Of a stretch of DNA of 49,591 bases, positions 7,210 to 16,877 are shown in pieces. The translations under genes were made by a program, and so were the position numbers. How positions within the stretch are numbered: the first letter of the stretch is position 1; each line of letters begins with the position of its first letter. Source of the DNA: a virus (Duplodnaviria; Caudoviricetes); IMG/VR virus record IMGVR_UViG_3300037419_001569, positions 1 to 49,591 of that record, one strand, 5' to 3'. The notes below the pieces were generated by a model. The model ran no database searches. It worked only from the letters and a program-made list of their open reading frames with translations, and was not told the DNA's origin.

Positions 7210-10200
7210 GGCAGCTGGAACTGCATCTCGACCATCAGGCCCTTGGCGCCAGTGCCCGCGACGTCGATGTCGATGCGCAGCAGATCAGCAGTCGCGACAT
7301 CATCATGCGCGCCATCGATCACGGCTGGCGTAGCGGCGGTCGAGCTGTCAGTCTCGCTCGCGTCAATCGTGAGTTTGGTCGAAAGCATATCGACGCTGTC
7401 GGTGACGTTCGCGATCTGAATAGTCGGAATACCGGAGCTGGAAACAGTGGTCAGGGCAGCCGCGACACTGACGAGGTTCATGCCGTTGAGCGCCGACGGA
7501 ACGCGATAGTAAGCCTTGCCGTCGCCCGTCGTGATTGCAGAGCCTGCCGGATCGGACACAAGGAGCGTGATGACGGCCTTGCCGAGATTGGAACCGGCGA
7601 GAGCATCAGAGTTCAGCGCCTTGGTCGTGTCCGTGCCGGTGTTGATGTCGCTCGCGGTCGCGAACGTGATCGTTGCCGAAGCCCAAACTAGCGCCGTCGT
7701 CCCGACCGTGATCGGCGCGTTCGTCGTGCATTGCCATTCCTGGTCGGCAGCCGCCGTGCCCTCGCTGACCTTCACCGTCGCATTAACGAGCTCTGCCGCA
7801 GTGTCGGCATCGGTCGCGCGGGTAAGAATGTACGGGTGAGAGCCGTCTCCGACCTGCGTCACGACATAGATGCCGTTATGCGAGCCGGTGGCCTCGTTCG
7901 CGACCAAGAGCCGGTTGCCGACAACTAGGGTCACGCCGTCCTGCGCAGCCAAGGCCCCGTTCGCGTTCGCGGTCAGCGTCGCGCCGACGCCGCTGGTGCC
8001 GTTCGCGTAAGTGTTCGCGGCAAGAGCCGCGGTGGTCTTTGCCCTGACCGCAGCCTTCCACGGCAGCGCGTTGACGATCGGAGTGACCTGCGGGCTGACG
8101 TCGATGTCCGCGACCGTGACCGGACCCAGGACAAGGCGGTCGCCGGGAATGCCGCTGACCACATAGCTGATCGCGGCGTAGTAGGTGGCGCCCGGCGTAA
8201 TGCTCGTGATGTCGACCTTGGTCGTCGAGGGCGCGTGCGTGCCCTCCATCGTCCATGTAACCGAGTCAGGATCGGACAGCGGATCGCCGACGCCGTCATC
8301 CTTCCAATATTCGACGATGATCGCCTCGGCGCTTTCCTCGTCGGGAAGGGCGCCAGTGATCTCGAGCGCGGGAACAACGGCTCCGGCGCTGGTTAGGGTT
8401 ACTGCCGCGAGCGCCCAATCCCCGCTGTCGGGCGTCGATGTGTCGGGCGGCGGCGGCGTCCGTGCGGGCTGCGACAGGTCGACCGGGAAGTCGGCATCGT
8501 CGGCGAACACCGTGCCGTTGATCTCGCGCAGGCTGAGCGTGATCTGCCACTTCTCGTTGATCTGGTAGGCTTCGACCCGAAACGTCTTCGTCGAGCCGCT
8601 GAAGTAGCGGTCAGAGGTCCACTGGATCCAGTCGTTCTCTTCCAGCTCGCAGAAGCGCGGACCGAGAGTGACCGTCGCGCGGCCCCACAGCCTGCCCATG
8701 CGCCGCGCGATTTCCGCGATGCGGAGCGCCTGCGGCTGATAACGGACCAAGCGAAGCTGGATCTGCTGCTCGCGTGGTTTCCCATCCGCAACGATGTCGG
8801 CGTCCACGCGCATCGGCGGCGTCGCGTGGCTGTTCCACTTCTGGTCCGGCTCGACGTAGGTGGCGACGACCGTGTTCAGCCATTCGTCACTGGATTCCGA
8901 GAGGAAGTTCTGGTTCCAGCTGACCTTGCTTCCCGCGAGAAGGTCGTCGTCGGTGAAGCTCGCGACCACGCTCTTGGCCTGGCCAGGCTCGATGAGAACC
9001 TGCCCCTCGTGGGTGATGATCGCGCCGGCCGTGGCCTTGGCAAACATATCCTCGACGTCGATGAAGTTCTGGTTCGCGTAGATCGGCCCCGCCACACGCC
9101 AGCCGCCGTGACGATGAAGCTCGCGGACGGTGTAGACGGATTCGAGAGTTCCGCGGCTCCACAGCGCATCGTTGAACCGATCATAGACCCGCTCGCTGCC
9201 GCTCGACGTTCCCGTTGCCCAATCGCTCGGCGTGATCGTCTCGATGAGGCTGAGGTCAGCGGTCGAATAGCGTTCGTTGCCGATCCACACGTCTTCCTGA
9301 CCGGCCGCGCCCTCGGTGAAGGCCAAAGACGAGGTCGTGGTGACGGGCCCGGCGGTGACGGCATAGGTCGCCTGGTCGATGAGCCGGATCTTGTTGCCCT
9401 GCTGCAGGAACCACTTGCCGTTGCCGTTGTCGATCGCCACGGCTTGTCCCGAGGCCCCGGTGGCGACCAGATGCTCCGACGCACCGCTAATGTCGTAGAA
9501 GCCGACGCCGTTCACATAGGCCCCGCCCAACGCCTGCCCGCCAACCGCGAACCCGTCCCCGGCCGCATTCCTGATGTATCGGTCGGGATGGAAGCCGATG
9601 ACCGTCGGGGTAATGGTTCCCCCGGTCAGCTTCAGCATCGTGTTGGCCGGTGTGTCGTAGGTGCCGAACACGCCCTCGGAGAGAAGGAACGTGTGGCCCA
9701 TCTTGTCGCCGCTGGCCGTTACATCCGTGACTGACCCGCCGGGATGGATCAGCGCGACGCGGTCGAGAGCGTATCCACCGACGTAGAACGAATAATCATC
9801 GTTGACCGCGACATGGGTCGTGCCCGAGTTCGGAATGGTTCCGGAGGCCCAGAGGGTCAGCGTCGGCAGATACCACATCTGCCAGACCGTCCCGTTCAAG
9901 AGGACCATCATTGACCAGTCGGGCGAAAAGCTCGCGCCCTGTAGCGACGTCGCCGGCGTCAGCAGCCGATACGGAAACGTCGCGGCCTGCAGTTCGTCGC
10001 AGAGGTTGGCGGCGGCAAAGATGTTCTCCGGCGGCGATTCCTCTTCCGACAATCCCCTTCCGACAAGCAGCTTGGTCTGGTCGCTCGTATCTCCGTCGGC
10101 ATAGACGCCGCGCTCGTAATTGTACCAGCAGATAATCGCGTTCTCGGACCACTCCCAGGTCGCCGGATCGTCCCAGCGGTGAGAACCCGACCCTCCCGTA

Positions 10201-10826
10201 ACAGTCGAATCCTTGCGCGGATCGTAGCGCTTGCCGCCCTTGACGACGAAGCCGAAGCGCGGGCGGCCGCCGGGCCACGCCGGATGCTTGGCGTCGGGCT
10301 TGTCGGCGAGATAGGCGACGATGACGTCGCATCCCGACTGCCCGATGTCAGCGCTCGTCCAGCCGGGCCCGTTGTCGAGCACGATATCGGGCAGCGGATC
10401 GACCGAAGTATTGGCGCGGAAATAGAGCTGGAAATGGTGCGTATCGAATTGAGGATAGTTGCCGTCGCCGGTGTAGAGCACATATTCGTCGTTGACGTAG
10501 AAGCCGGTCAGCCCTTCGCACGGCTCGTCGGCCAGACGGATGATGAGGACTTCCCAATCCGTCCCGTAATTGCCGCCGAAGTCGAACCCGTCGACCAATG
10601 TCCCGGCGGTGAAGGTCTCGCCGACCAACATGCACCGCGGCTGCTCGCCGAGCTTGATGGTCATTTCCGACGCATCGCGCGCCGGAGTCTTGGGTTGTGT
10701 CAGATCGACGACCGCCTGAGCGACAATCGTCATTACGCCCTGTGCCACCAGGAATTGCATCCCCGGCACGGTCAGGCCGATGCCGATCTCGATGGCGCCG
10801 ACGACGAAGCCGACGACCTTGCTCAC
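7206..10826 (-). CDS. tail tip / central fibre (lambda J-like host-specificity protein)
   Basis: 1206 aa; YDPRKDST, AANLCDE, NTVVATYVEP motifs; FnIII-like and fibre-type C-terminal domains. Confidence 0.8.
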   Translation of the reverse strand: MSKVVGFVVGAIEIGIGLTVPGMQFLVAQGVMTIVAQAVVDLTQPKTPARDASEMTIKLGEQPRCMLVGETFTAGTLVDGFDFGGNYGTDWEVLIIRLADEPCEGLTGFYVNDEYVLYTGDGNYPQFDTHHFQLYFRANTSVDPLPDIVLDNGPGWTSADIGQSGCDVIVAYLADKPDAKHPAWPGGRPRFGFVVKGGKRYDPRKDSTVTGGSGSHRWDDPATWEWSENAIICWYNYERGVYADGDTSDQTKLLVGRGLSEEESPPENIFAAANLCDELQAATFPYRLLTPATSLQGASFSPDWSMMVLLNGTVWQMWYLPTLTLWASGTIPNSGTTHVAVNDDYSFYVGGYALDRVALIHPGGSVTDVTASGDKMGHTFLLSEGVFGTYDTPANTMLKLTGGTITPTVIGFHPDRYIRNAAGDGFAVGGQALGGAYVNGVGFYDISGASEHLVATGASGQAVAIDNGNGKWFLQQGNKIRLIDQATYAVTAGPVTTTSSLAFTEGAAGQEDVWIGNERYSTADLSLIETITPSDWATGTSSGSERVYDRFNDALWSRGTLESVYTVRELHRHGGWRVAGPIYANQNFIDVEDMFAKATAGAIITHEGQVLIEPGQAKSVVASFTDDDLLAGSKVSWNQNFLSESSDEWLNTVVATYVEPDQKWNSHATPPMRVDADIVADGKPREQQIQLRLVRYQPQALRIAEIARRMGRLWGRATVTLGPRFCELEENDWIQWTSDRYFSGSTKTFRVEAYQINEKWQITLSLREINGTVFADDADFPVDLSQPARTPPPPDTSTPDSGDWALAAVTLTSAGAVVPALEITGALPDEESAEAIIVEYWKDDGVGDPLSDPDSVTWTMEGTHAPSTTKVDITSITPGATYYAAISYVVSGIPGDRLVLGPVTVADIDVSPQVTPIVNALPWKAAVRAKTTAALAANTYANGTSGVGATLTANANGALAAQDGVTLVVGNRLLVANEATGSHNGIYVVTQVGDGSHPYILTRATDADTAAELVNATVKVSEGTAAADQEWQCTTNAPITVGTTALVWASATITFATASDINTGTDTTKALNSDALAGSNLGKAVITLLVSDPAGSAITTGDGKAYYRVPSALNGMNLVSVAAALTTVSSSGIPTIQIANVTDSVDMLSTKLTIDASETDSSTAATPAVIDGAHDDVATADLLRIDIDVAGTGAKGLMVEMQFQLP

Positions 10827-11236
10827 TTGGCTGCCTTCTGGTCAGTCGCGGACCATGCGACGGTCATGGCGCTGCGCTTCATCCGCCGGTTGCCTCTCTC
10901 ACCCGGCCCCACGAGCAGATCCCCTTCGACGATCATCGGGTGGATGCCGAACTGCTCGTCCGGCACTCCGGCGATGTCGCCCCTCTTGGCAAAGGCCGGA
11001 GCGATGCGCTCGAAATGGGCATCCAGAGCGGCCTCGAGCGAGCCGTACTTCTTCAGCAGACGAAACCCGCTACGCCGCGAGTTCCAGCGACCGATGCCTG
11101 AAGGAACATGCCCGGTCAGCGCCTTCACGGCCTTGAGCACAAAAGCGACGCAGTCGTTCTCGTAACGGCCCCAGTGGTGAGGCGTGTTCTGACGGCTGTC
11201 GATGAATGCGATCAGCGCCGCGGCATCGCGCTTCAC
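10823..11236 (-). CDS. NlpC/P60-like tail assembly protein (DUF6950-type)
   Basis: PHHWGRYENDCVAF, AKRGDIA motifs; position before J. Confidence 0.75.
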   Translation of the reverse strand: MKRDAAALIAFIDSRQNTPHHWGRYENDCVAFVLKAVKALTGHVPSGIGRWNSRRSGFRLLKKYGSLEAALDAHFERIAPAFAKRGDIAGVPDEQFGIHPMIVEGDLLVGPGERGNRRMKRSAMTVAWSATDQKAAK

Positions 11237-11865
11237 AGGAAATCGCCACCGCTCGGGGGAGAGATACTGCCGCCGGTCGCTGCCCCAGTCCGTTCGGGTT
11301 TCTTCCCGCCCCAGTAGAGCATCTTTTCAGCGGCGTAATCGACGCTCTTGAAATAGCCGTCGTCGGGGTTGATCAGCCTTTGGTCAGGATCGCTCCGAAG
11401 CCGCCCGCCGCTTCGTCCGAGGCCCCTAGCTGCACTTTCAACGGCGAAATTGATCGCCGCAGGCCCGCCGACCGTCTCATCGCTGGTGAGCGCATCCCCG
11501 CGCCCGCGGTCGAAGATGTGCGCGTCCAGCAGCGTCTTGCAGTCGGACGCGAAGATCAGACGGTAGAGGACGACACTCGAACCCTTGACCTCGTCGGCAT
11601 CGAGAAGAGCCAAGGCTTCTGGTTCGACGCCCGACAGACTGAGCGTATAGCCTTGCGCAACCCCGCCTATCGCGTTCGACGTCTGTTGAGCAATACCCCG
11701 GTCGCCGAGGCCCTTGTAGGTGTTCCCGCCGAAGGTGATCGGCCCGTAACCGCCCCAGACACGGATCGGCGTAGAGCCGTCCTTCGGGCTGATCTGCGCA
11801 GCGCCCGTCACAACGGCCTCGCCGGCCTCGATGGCCGCCATTGCCTCAACCGTGAGCGTCTTCAT
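11233..11865 (-). CDS. minor tail / hub protein (lambda L position)
   Basis: RVWGGYGPI, LSLSGV, DQRLINPDDGYF...LYWG typical of this slot. Confidence 0.7.
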   Translation of the reverse strand: MKTLTVEAMAAIEAGEAVVTGAAQISPKDGSTPIRVWGGYGPITFGGNTYKGLGDRGIAQQTSNAIGGVAQGYTLSLSGVEPEALALLDADEVKGSSVVLYRLIFASDCKTLLDAHIFDRGRGDALTSDETVGGPAAINFAVESAARGLGRSGGRLRSDPDQRLINPDDGYFKSVDYAAEKMLYWGGKKPERTGAATGGSISPPSGGDFL

Positions 11866-12545
11866 CCGCGGATGTCTTGAACGCCGGTGATCTGCCCGCC
11901 GGTGATGGAATAGAGCCGGTCGACGGCCTGCAGGCTCGTCTGGTCGGTGACGAGCGCCATCGTGCAGCCGGGCTCATCGATATGAGCGACCGCCGAGCCG
12001 GGCACAGCCGAAGGGACGGGCGGCTCAACCGTTACGGTGATGTCGCCGGAGCCGTTGGCGGTCGCTCCGGTGACCACGCGGACGAAAGCGCGCCATGCGA
12101 GGCCCGCAATCGCCGTCTCGGTCGCATTGTAGCGGAAGTCGATGCCGTCGCCCTGACTGAGGATCAGGCCCGCTGCCGAAGCGCCAAGGTGAAGCGTCAG
12201 CCTGCTGTCGCCGTCCGAGTTGATCGCTTCCGACCACGACGAGGCGGCGCCGGTGAAGCCGGAGAAGGCTCCGAACCCGTCGGGATATTCGCGCGGATAC
12301 TGGCGCGCCAAATCGCGGCCGATGAAGCGCCGTGTCGCGCCCCGCTGCCCGGCGACCCATGCTCGCCATTCGTCGGAATTCTCTTGCGGCATCCGCCCTA
12401 GCGTCCAGACAGCGCCCCATAGCGGGAACCCGGCCTGAACTCCCGCCACGCGGCCGCTCGCTTCGGGCGCGGAATAATCGATCCGCTGAAGTTCGAATTG
12501 CTGCAGCGCGACGTACATCGTCGGCATCTCGACCGGAGCCTTCAC
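11862..12545 (-). CDS. distal tail protein
   Basis: Directly after tape measure; WRAWVAGQRGATRRF, TVEPPV motifs. Confidence 0.65.
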   Translation of the reverse strand: MKAPVEMPTMYVALQQFELQRIDYSAPEASGRVAGVQAGFPLWGAVWTLGRMPQENSDEWRAWVAGQRGATRRFIGRDLARQYPREYPDGFGAFSGFTGAASSWSEAINSDGDSRLTLHLGASAAGLILSQGDGIDFRYNATETAIAGLAWRAFVRVVTGATANGSGDITVTVEPPVPSAVPGSAVAHIDEPGCTMALVTDQTSLQAVDRLYSITGGQITGVQDIRG

Positions 12546-15130
12546 TTGCCGAAGGCCTTGCCGAAGCTGCGCTGGTTGAAATCGACGACGCGGTCGAATC
12601 CCATGCGCGCGCCAGCCTCGGCCGCCTGCTTCGATTTGGCATCCATTTGCCTCAGCAGGTCTTCCGTGACGACTGCGCCCTTTAGGTCGAACACCTGAAG
12701 ATTAACCGGCCGCATCCTTTCGGAATAATTGTCGTCCCCGACGCTCATCCGTTCGCGATAGGTCATCGTCGGAATCGGCAGTCCGACCAGCCCGCCCTCG
12801 GCAAAGCGGTGGACCTTTGCGTGCGCTCCCTCGAACCGGCCTGAGTTGATCGCGGCTAGGAATGCCGGACCCACGGAGCGGACGGCCTTCGCGTTGATGA
12901 CGAACTCGCCGTTGGAAAGGCGAGCAGGAATGCTGTCCGATGTGCTGGTTCCCGGCCCGCGAATGAGACCACCATCCGCGCCGAAGAAATCAGATGGCAG
13001 ACCGAGCGAAGCCGCGTTGCTGCTTTCGATGCCGCCGAAGCTTCCGGCGTTGAAACCGCCCGAAAGCCCTCCCATGATCGACTTGAAGATCGCGAGCTCG
13101 GCTTCCTGAAGCGCGATTTTGAGCAGGTCGGCAAGGATGGAAGCGGCAACGTTGTGGAAGACTTCGGCCAGCGACTTCGAATTCATGATCGCTTCGACGA
13201 GCTGGTCGTTGAAATCCTGAAGCCCTTTGACGGCCTCGGATTCTAGCGCTTGTCCGACCTCACGCGCGCTGTCCGGGATGCCGTGGAAGAAGTCTTCGAG
13301 AGGCCCGCGGGTGCTGTTGATGATAAGCGCGGCTTGCTGCGCCCTAGTAGCCGGCAGTTGGTCGATCTCTTTCTGGATCGCGTCGATTTGCTCTTTTTTG
13401 AGACCGTTGCGAATTGCGTCGCGCTTATTGGCCTCTAGCTGAAGTCGCTGTTGCTCGATCTCCGCGTCGAGGATCTGAAGCTGGATGCGCCGGTGATCGG
13501 CCTGAGTGGTCGCCAGCTGATCGGCTGTCCGGAGCGCGTTTTCGCGAAACTTGAGTTGCTGAATCGAGAGAGCGACAAGATCATGGTCGTGCTCCGCCAA
13601 CTCTTTCTCAACCAGGGCCTGATATTCAACCTGCGCCTGAACCTCTGACGCCGCCTTGAGGGTGCGCGCCTTCTGCTCAGCTTCCTGCAGCGCGGCATCG
13701 GTGATCTTGTGCTCGGCATGTTCGCGCCGCGCCTTGGCGATTTCTTCATCGATCCCCTTGTCGCGGATCGTCTTTTCAAGCGCGATCAGCTGGACTGAAA
13801 TCTGAAGGTGCTCTTCAGCGCTCCCGGCGAGCGACTGTTTGGCCTGAAGGATATTCTGGTTGGCCTGAAGAATCTCCTTGTCCATCTGCGCAAGGAGCTC
13901 TTCGGAGCGATCCGCAGGCGGCTTGCGTCCCTTCTTCGGCTCAGGCGCGAGGAACTGTGGAAGATTGATACCGGGAGCGACCGATGGCTCCGGTTGAAGG
14001 GCTGCGGTTCCGGCCTCGGCGAACAGCTTTCGCTGCCGCGCGAGTTCAGCCTGAGCGGACTTTAGGCCTCCGGCTGAGCGCGTACTGCCGCGGTGGAATG
14101 TTATCAGGCCGCCGAGGATCGACGTGTCGCCCGCCTGCGCTTCTCCCCGAAGCCGCGCAACTTCCTTTTCCGCGTTCCGCAACTGCTTCAGGCGGAAGGC
14201 GTAATTCATGTTCGCGTCGGCTTGGTTCTCCGCGACCTTCTCGCCGGCGAACGCGCCAAGGCCAGCGCCGAGCGCCGCCCCCACCTGCCCGAACCTGCTT
14301 CCTGCTAGCCCGCCGATAATGGCGAGTGCGAGTTGCGGATGGGAACTGAAGAAGTGGAGGATCTGCGTCGTCAGAGTACTTAGCGCCTGGGCGAGGCTCA
14401 AGATCGAATTCGCGTTTGCCGTGACGGTCGACGCTATATTCGCTTCGAGGACCGTCTGAAGCGCCTCAAGCTTGTGAGCCGTGACCTCGGCATTCTTGAT
14501 CTCGTCCTCAGACAGAACGACGCCGAGCCGATGGGCCGCGTCGGCCAAAGCGTTGAGCCGACCTACGCCGCCGGAAAGCAGGCTATCGATTTGCGCGCCG
14601 TTCTTGCCGAACAGCGCAACCTCGATCGCGGCCCGTTGCGCGCGGTCGGTGACGTTCTTCAGCCCCTCGGCGATCATTTCGAAGACTTCGCCGGTATTCT
14701 TGCCCTTCAGTTCACTGACGCTGATGCCGATGGCGTTGAAGGCCTTGATCTGCTCCTGCGAGCCGACCTCCGCCTTGCCCATCGACACGGTGAGGCGTTG
14801 CAGGCTTCCCTCAAGCGCCTCCTGAGAAACACCAACCTGAGAAGCGGCGAACCGATATTCCTGAAGCTGCTTGGTCGTGACGCCGAGCGTGCTGGCCGTC
14901 TCTCCGATGGCAGCGGCAAACTCCAGGCTCTTCTTGATCTGCTCGGTAAGGGCGCCGATCGCGAACGCGGCGACCAGCCCCTCGACCGCAACCTTCGCGG
15001 ACTTGAATGAGCTTTCGATGTCCTTGGAGAGGCCCTTCGCGATCGAACGCGACTTGCGAGCGCCGGCCTCAAACTGGGCGGTGTCGAGTCCGAGAGCGAC
15101 CCGGAGTGAGCCGATCAGCGAACTAGCCAT
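12542..15130 (-). CDS. tail tape measure protein
   Basis: 862 aa Ala/Leu-rich helical; IGSLRVALGLDTAQF start; ADGGLIRGPGTSTSDSIPARLSNGEFV C-terminal motif. Confidence 0.92.
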   Translation of the reverse strand: MASSLIGSLRVALGLDTAQFEAGARKSRSIAKGLSKDIESSFKSAKVAVEGLVAAFAIGALTEQIKKSLEFAAAIGETASTLGVTTKQLQEYRFAASQVGVSQEALEGSLQRLTVSMGKAEVGSQEQIKAFNAIGISVSELKGKNTGEVFEMIAEGLKNVTDRAQRAAIEVALFGKNGAQIDSLLSGGVGRLNALADAAHRLGVVLSEDEIKNAEVTAHKLEALQTVLEANIASTVTANANSILSLAQALSTLTTQILHFFSSHPQLALAIIGGLAGSRFGQVGAALGAGLGAFAGEKVAENQADANMNYAFRLKQLRNAEKEVARLRGEAQAGDTSILGGLITFHRGSTRSAGGLKSAQAELARQRKLFAEAGTAALQPEPSVAPGINLPQFLAPEPKKGRKPPADRSEELLAQMDKEILQANQNILQAKQSLAGSAEEHLQISVQLIALEKTIRDKGIDEEIAKARREHAEHKITDAALQEAEQKARTLKAASEVQAQVEYQALVEKELAEHDHDLVALSIQQLKFRENALRTADQLATTQADHRRIQLQILDAEIEQQRLQLEANKRDAIRNGLKKEQIDAIQKEIDQLPATRAQQAALIINSTRGPLEDFFHGIPDSAREVGQALESEAVKGLQDFNDQLVEAIMNSKSLAEVFHNVAASILADLLKIALQEAELAIFKSIMGGLSGGFNAGSFGGIESSNAASLGLPSDFFGADGGLIRGPGTSTSDSIPARLSNGEFVINAKAVRSVGPAFLAAINSGRFEGAHAKVHRFAEGGLVGLPIPTMTYRERMSVGDDNYSERMRPVNLQVFDLKGAVVTEDLLRQMDAKSKQAAEAGARMGFDRVVDFNQRSFGKAFGK

Positions 15131-15464
15131 CGACTTCCGCCTCCGCTTTCGCTGGCTTCAGGTCGAAGGCGCGCTTCACGATGTCGCCGACTGCCGCGGC
15201 AACCAGCTTTCCGTGCTTCTTCGAGAACTGGATGCCAGCGATGGTGTCATGGTTCAGATCGGGATGATGCTTGCGCGTCATGAACCACAGGAACTGCGTC
15301 ATCATGGATGAAGAGGTGATGAGATCGCCGAGCAGGTCGAACATGCCCTTGGGCGCGAACATCTGCTCGAGTTCGTAAATCACAATATAGTCCATCCTGA
15401 GCGTGAGCGTGAAATCACGCGCGAGAGGGACCGCCGCTTCGTAGACGAAGGGTTTCAGTTCCAT
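15123..15464 (-). CDS. tail assembly chaperone, G-only paralog
   Basis: LRMDY..IYELEQ, FLWFMTRKHHPDL, KRAFDL align with N-half of 16189..16875; start reassigned to MELKP. Confidence 0.6.
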   Translation of the reverse strand: MELKPFVYEAAVPLARDFTLTLRMDYIVIYELEQMFAPKGMFDLLGDLITSSSMMTQFLWFMTRKHHPDLNHDTIAGIQFSKKHGKLVAAAVGDIVKRAFDLKPAKAEAEVDG

Positions 15465-15471
15465 CGGATTT

Positions 15472-15954
15472 TCAACCTTGTGCAAGACGGGCGGCGCGAC
15501 GCGATAGCCTCTGCGCGGTAGCGTCGATTTGAACCCACATGAAAAAGCCAATCAGGTTGAGGGACTCGTACTTCTTGGCGTCATAGGCAGGCCGCCCTGA
15601 CGGTTGGGCGATGTCCTTGAAGGTGCCGAACTCCATGAAGATGCCGTGATGCCTCGGGAGATTCGCGGCTGGCCCGACATAAACAGTAACCCCGCCGGGG
15701 GGGCCGACGTCCTTGTCCTTGGAAACAGTCTTTTCGGAGACGACCACGGAGTCCCGAAGGTGAAGGCCTATGTCCGTTGCATCGTAAGGAGCGAGTTCAG
15801 CCCAAGTTGCGCGGATCGGCTCGGCAGCATCGATCAACGCTCTGCGAACGATATTCTTCTCGGTCGCAATCTTAGAGATTTCCTCAAGCGCTTCGAGAAT
15901 GCCGTCGAGCCCATCTACATGGACGGTCAGATGCAGTGGTTGTTGAAAGGCCAT
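15472..15954 (-). CDS. HK97 gp10-like tail completion protein
   Basis: VDGLDGILEALEE, RRAL..AAEPI, LRDSV, FMEFGT..AQPSGRPAYD. Confidence 0.8.
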   Translation of the reverse strand: MAFQQPLHLTVHVDGLDGILEALEEISKIATEKNIVRRALIDAAEPIRATWAELAPYDATDIGLHLRDSVVVSEKTVSKDKDVGPPGGVTVYVGPAANLPRHHGIFMEFGTFKDIAQPSGRPAYDAKKYESLNLIGFFMWVQIDATAQRLSRRAARLAQG

Positions 15955-15977
15955 GTCGCGGTTATCTTCCCTTGGCG

Positions 15978-16208
15978 ATGGCTCAACGGCTTGCGGCCCT
16001 TTCATTCATCTTCGCGCTCGTGGCCGGTTACTTCCTGTATGTCGGCTTGGCGCTCGACACTTCGGTCTCAACCGACGACGGCGGTGCCGTCTCGAACATT
16101 CAATTAATGCACGTACAGGCGATGGAGATTGAGCTAGGAATCGGAGCTGCGATCATTGCGTCCATCTTCGCGACAGGCGCCGCAATCGTCAGTTCACGCG
16201 GCGGCTGA
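15978..16208 (+). CDS. small 2-TM membrane protein (antisense moron)
   Basis: MAQRLAALSFIFALVAGYFLYVGL...IGAAIIASIFATGAAIV; fills gap in tail operon on opposite strand. Confidence 0.6.
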   Translation: MAQRLAALSFIFALVAGYFLYVGLALDTSVSTDDGGAVSNIQLMHVQAMEIELGIGAAIIASIFATGAAIVSSRGG

Positions 16209-16875
16209 TCTGGACGTCGACACCCTTAGCCTTAAGCGACTGGAAGAAGTGGATGGCGCGGGCGTTTTGCAGCCGCTGAACGTCTTCGGCTTTCGGCTGA
16301 GGCTTGCTCGTCAGGAAATCGGAGAGCGACTTTCCTTTGAGCTTCCCGGCATAGCCCTTGAGACCGAAGACGGCCGTGTGCCAGGCCATGACCATCGCAA
16401 CGTCGACCTCGCGGTTAGCGGCGCGCGCCATGCCCTTCATGCAGACTAGGTAGGACCGCGGCGTCTGCCGCCAGAACCGATCGTCGGTGCCGCCGAGTGC
16501 AATCCACTCTTCGAGGAACGTTTCGATGCTCCACTTGGCTCTTGAGCGATTTTCTTCCTTCTCTTCGGACGAAGTGAGGTTGAACGCGTCGGCGATGAGT
16601 GCGCACATCGAGAGGCCGATCACGTCCCGATGCGACCCGCAGACCAGTTCCGTCGCTTCCCCGATGGTCGTCTCGGGATAGTGGCGGAGCATCATCCCCC
16701 ATAGCACCTTCGCGATGAGGCTGATCGGACACGACTTGCCGCCCGTCAGGACGATCTGCACGATCTCGGGCATGTCGCGGACTGCGGCGTGTTCGATCGC
16801 GGACAATGCCCGAAAGTCGATGGCGAGCCTTATCCGGTTGGGGCCCGCCTCGACCATCTGCTCATCATGGCCCAC
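16189..16875 (-). CDS. tail assembly chaperone, in-frame G-T fusion
   Basis: N-half IDFRALSAIE...LWGMMLRHYP...AFNL; C-half FWRQTPR...AWHTA typical of the frameshifted T part. Confidence 0.7.
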   Translation of the reverse strand: MGHDEQMVEAGPNRIRLAIDFRALSAIEHAAVRDMPEIVQIVLTGGKSCPISLIAKVLWGMMLRHYPETTIGEATELVCGSHRDVIGLSMCALIADAFNLTSSEEKEENRSRAKWSIETFLEEWIALGGTDDRFWRQTPRSYLVCMKGMARAANREVDVAMVMAWHTAVFGLKGYAGKLKGKSLSDFLTSKPQPKAEDVQRLQNARAIHFFQSLKAKGVDVQISRRVN

Positions 16876-16877
16876 AC

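Noticed and set aside
6250-10826. Diversity-generating retroelement or invertible tail-fibre switch
   Set aside because: No reverse transcriptase or invertase; the duplication in 6250-7209 is diverged at protein level, not an adenine-specific TR/VR pair
16530-16580. Programmed -1 frameshift site in tail chaperone
   Set aside because: No XXXYYYZ heptamer seen and frame is already continuous
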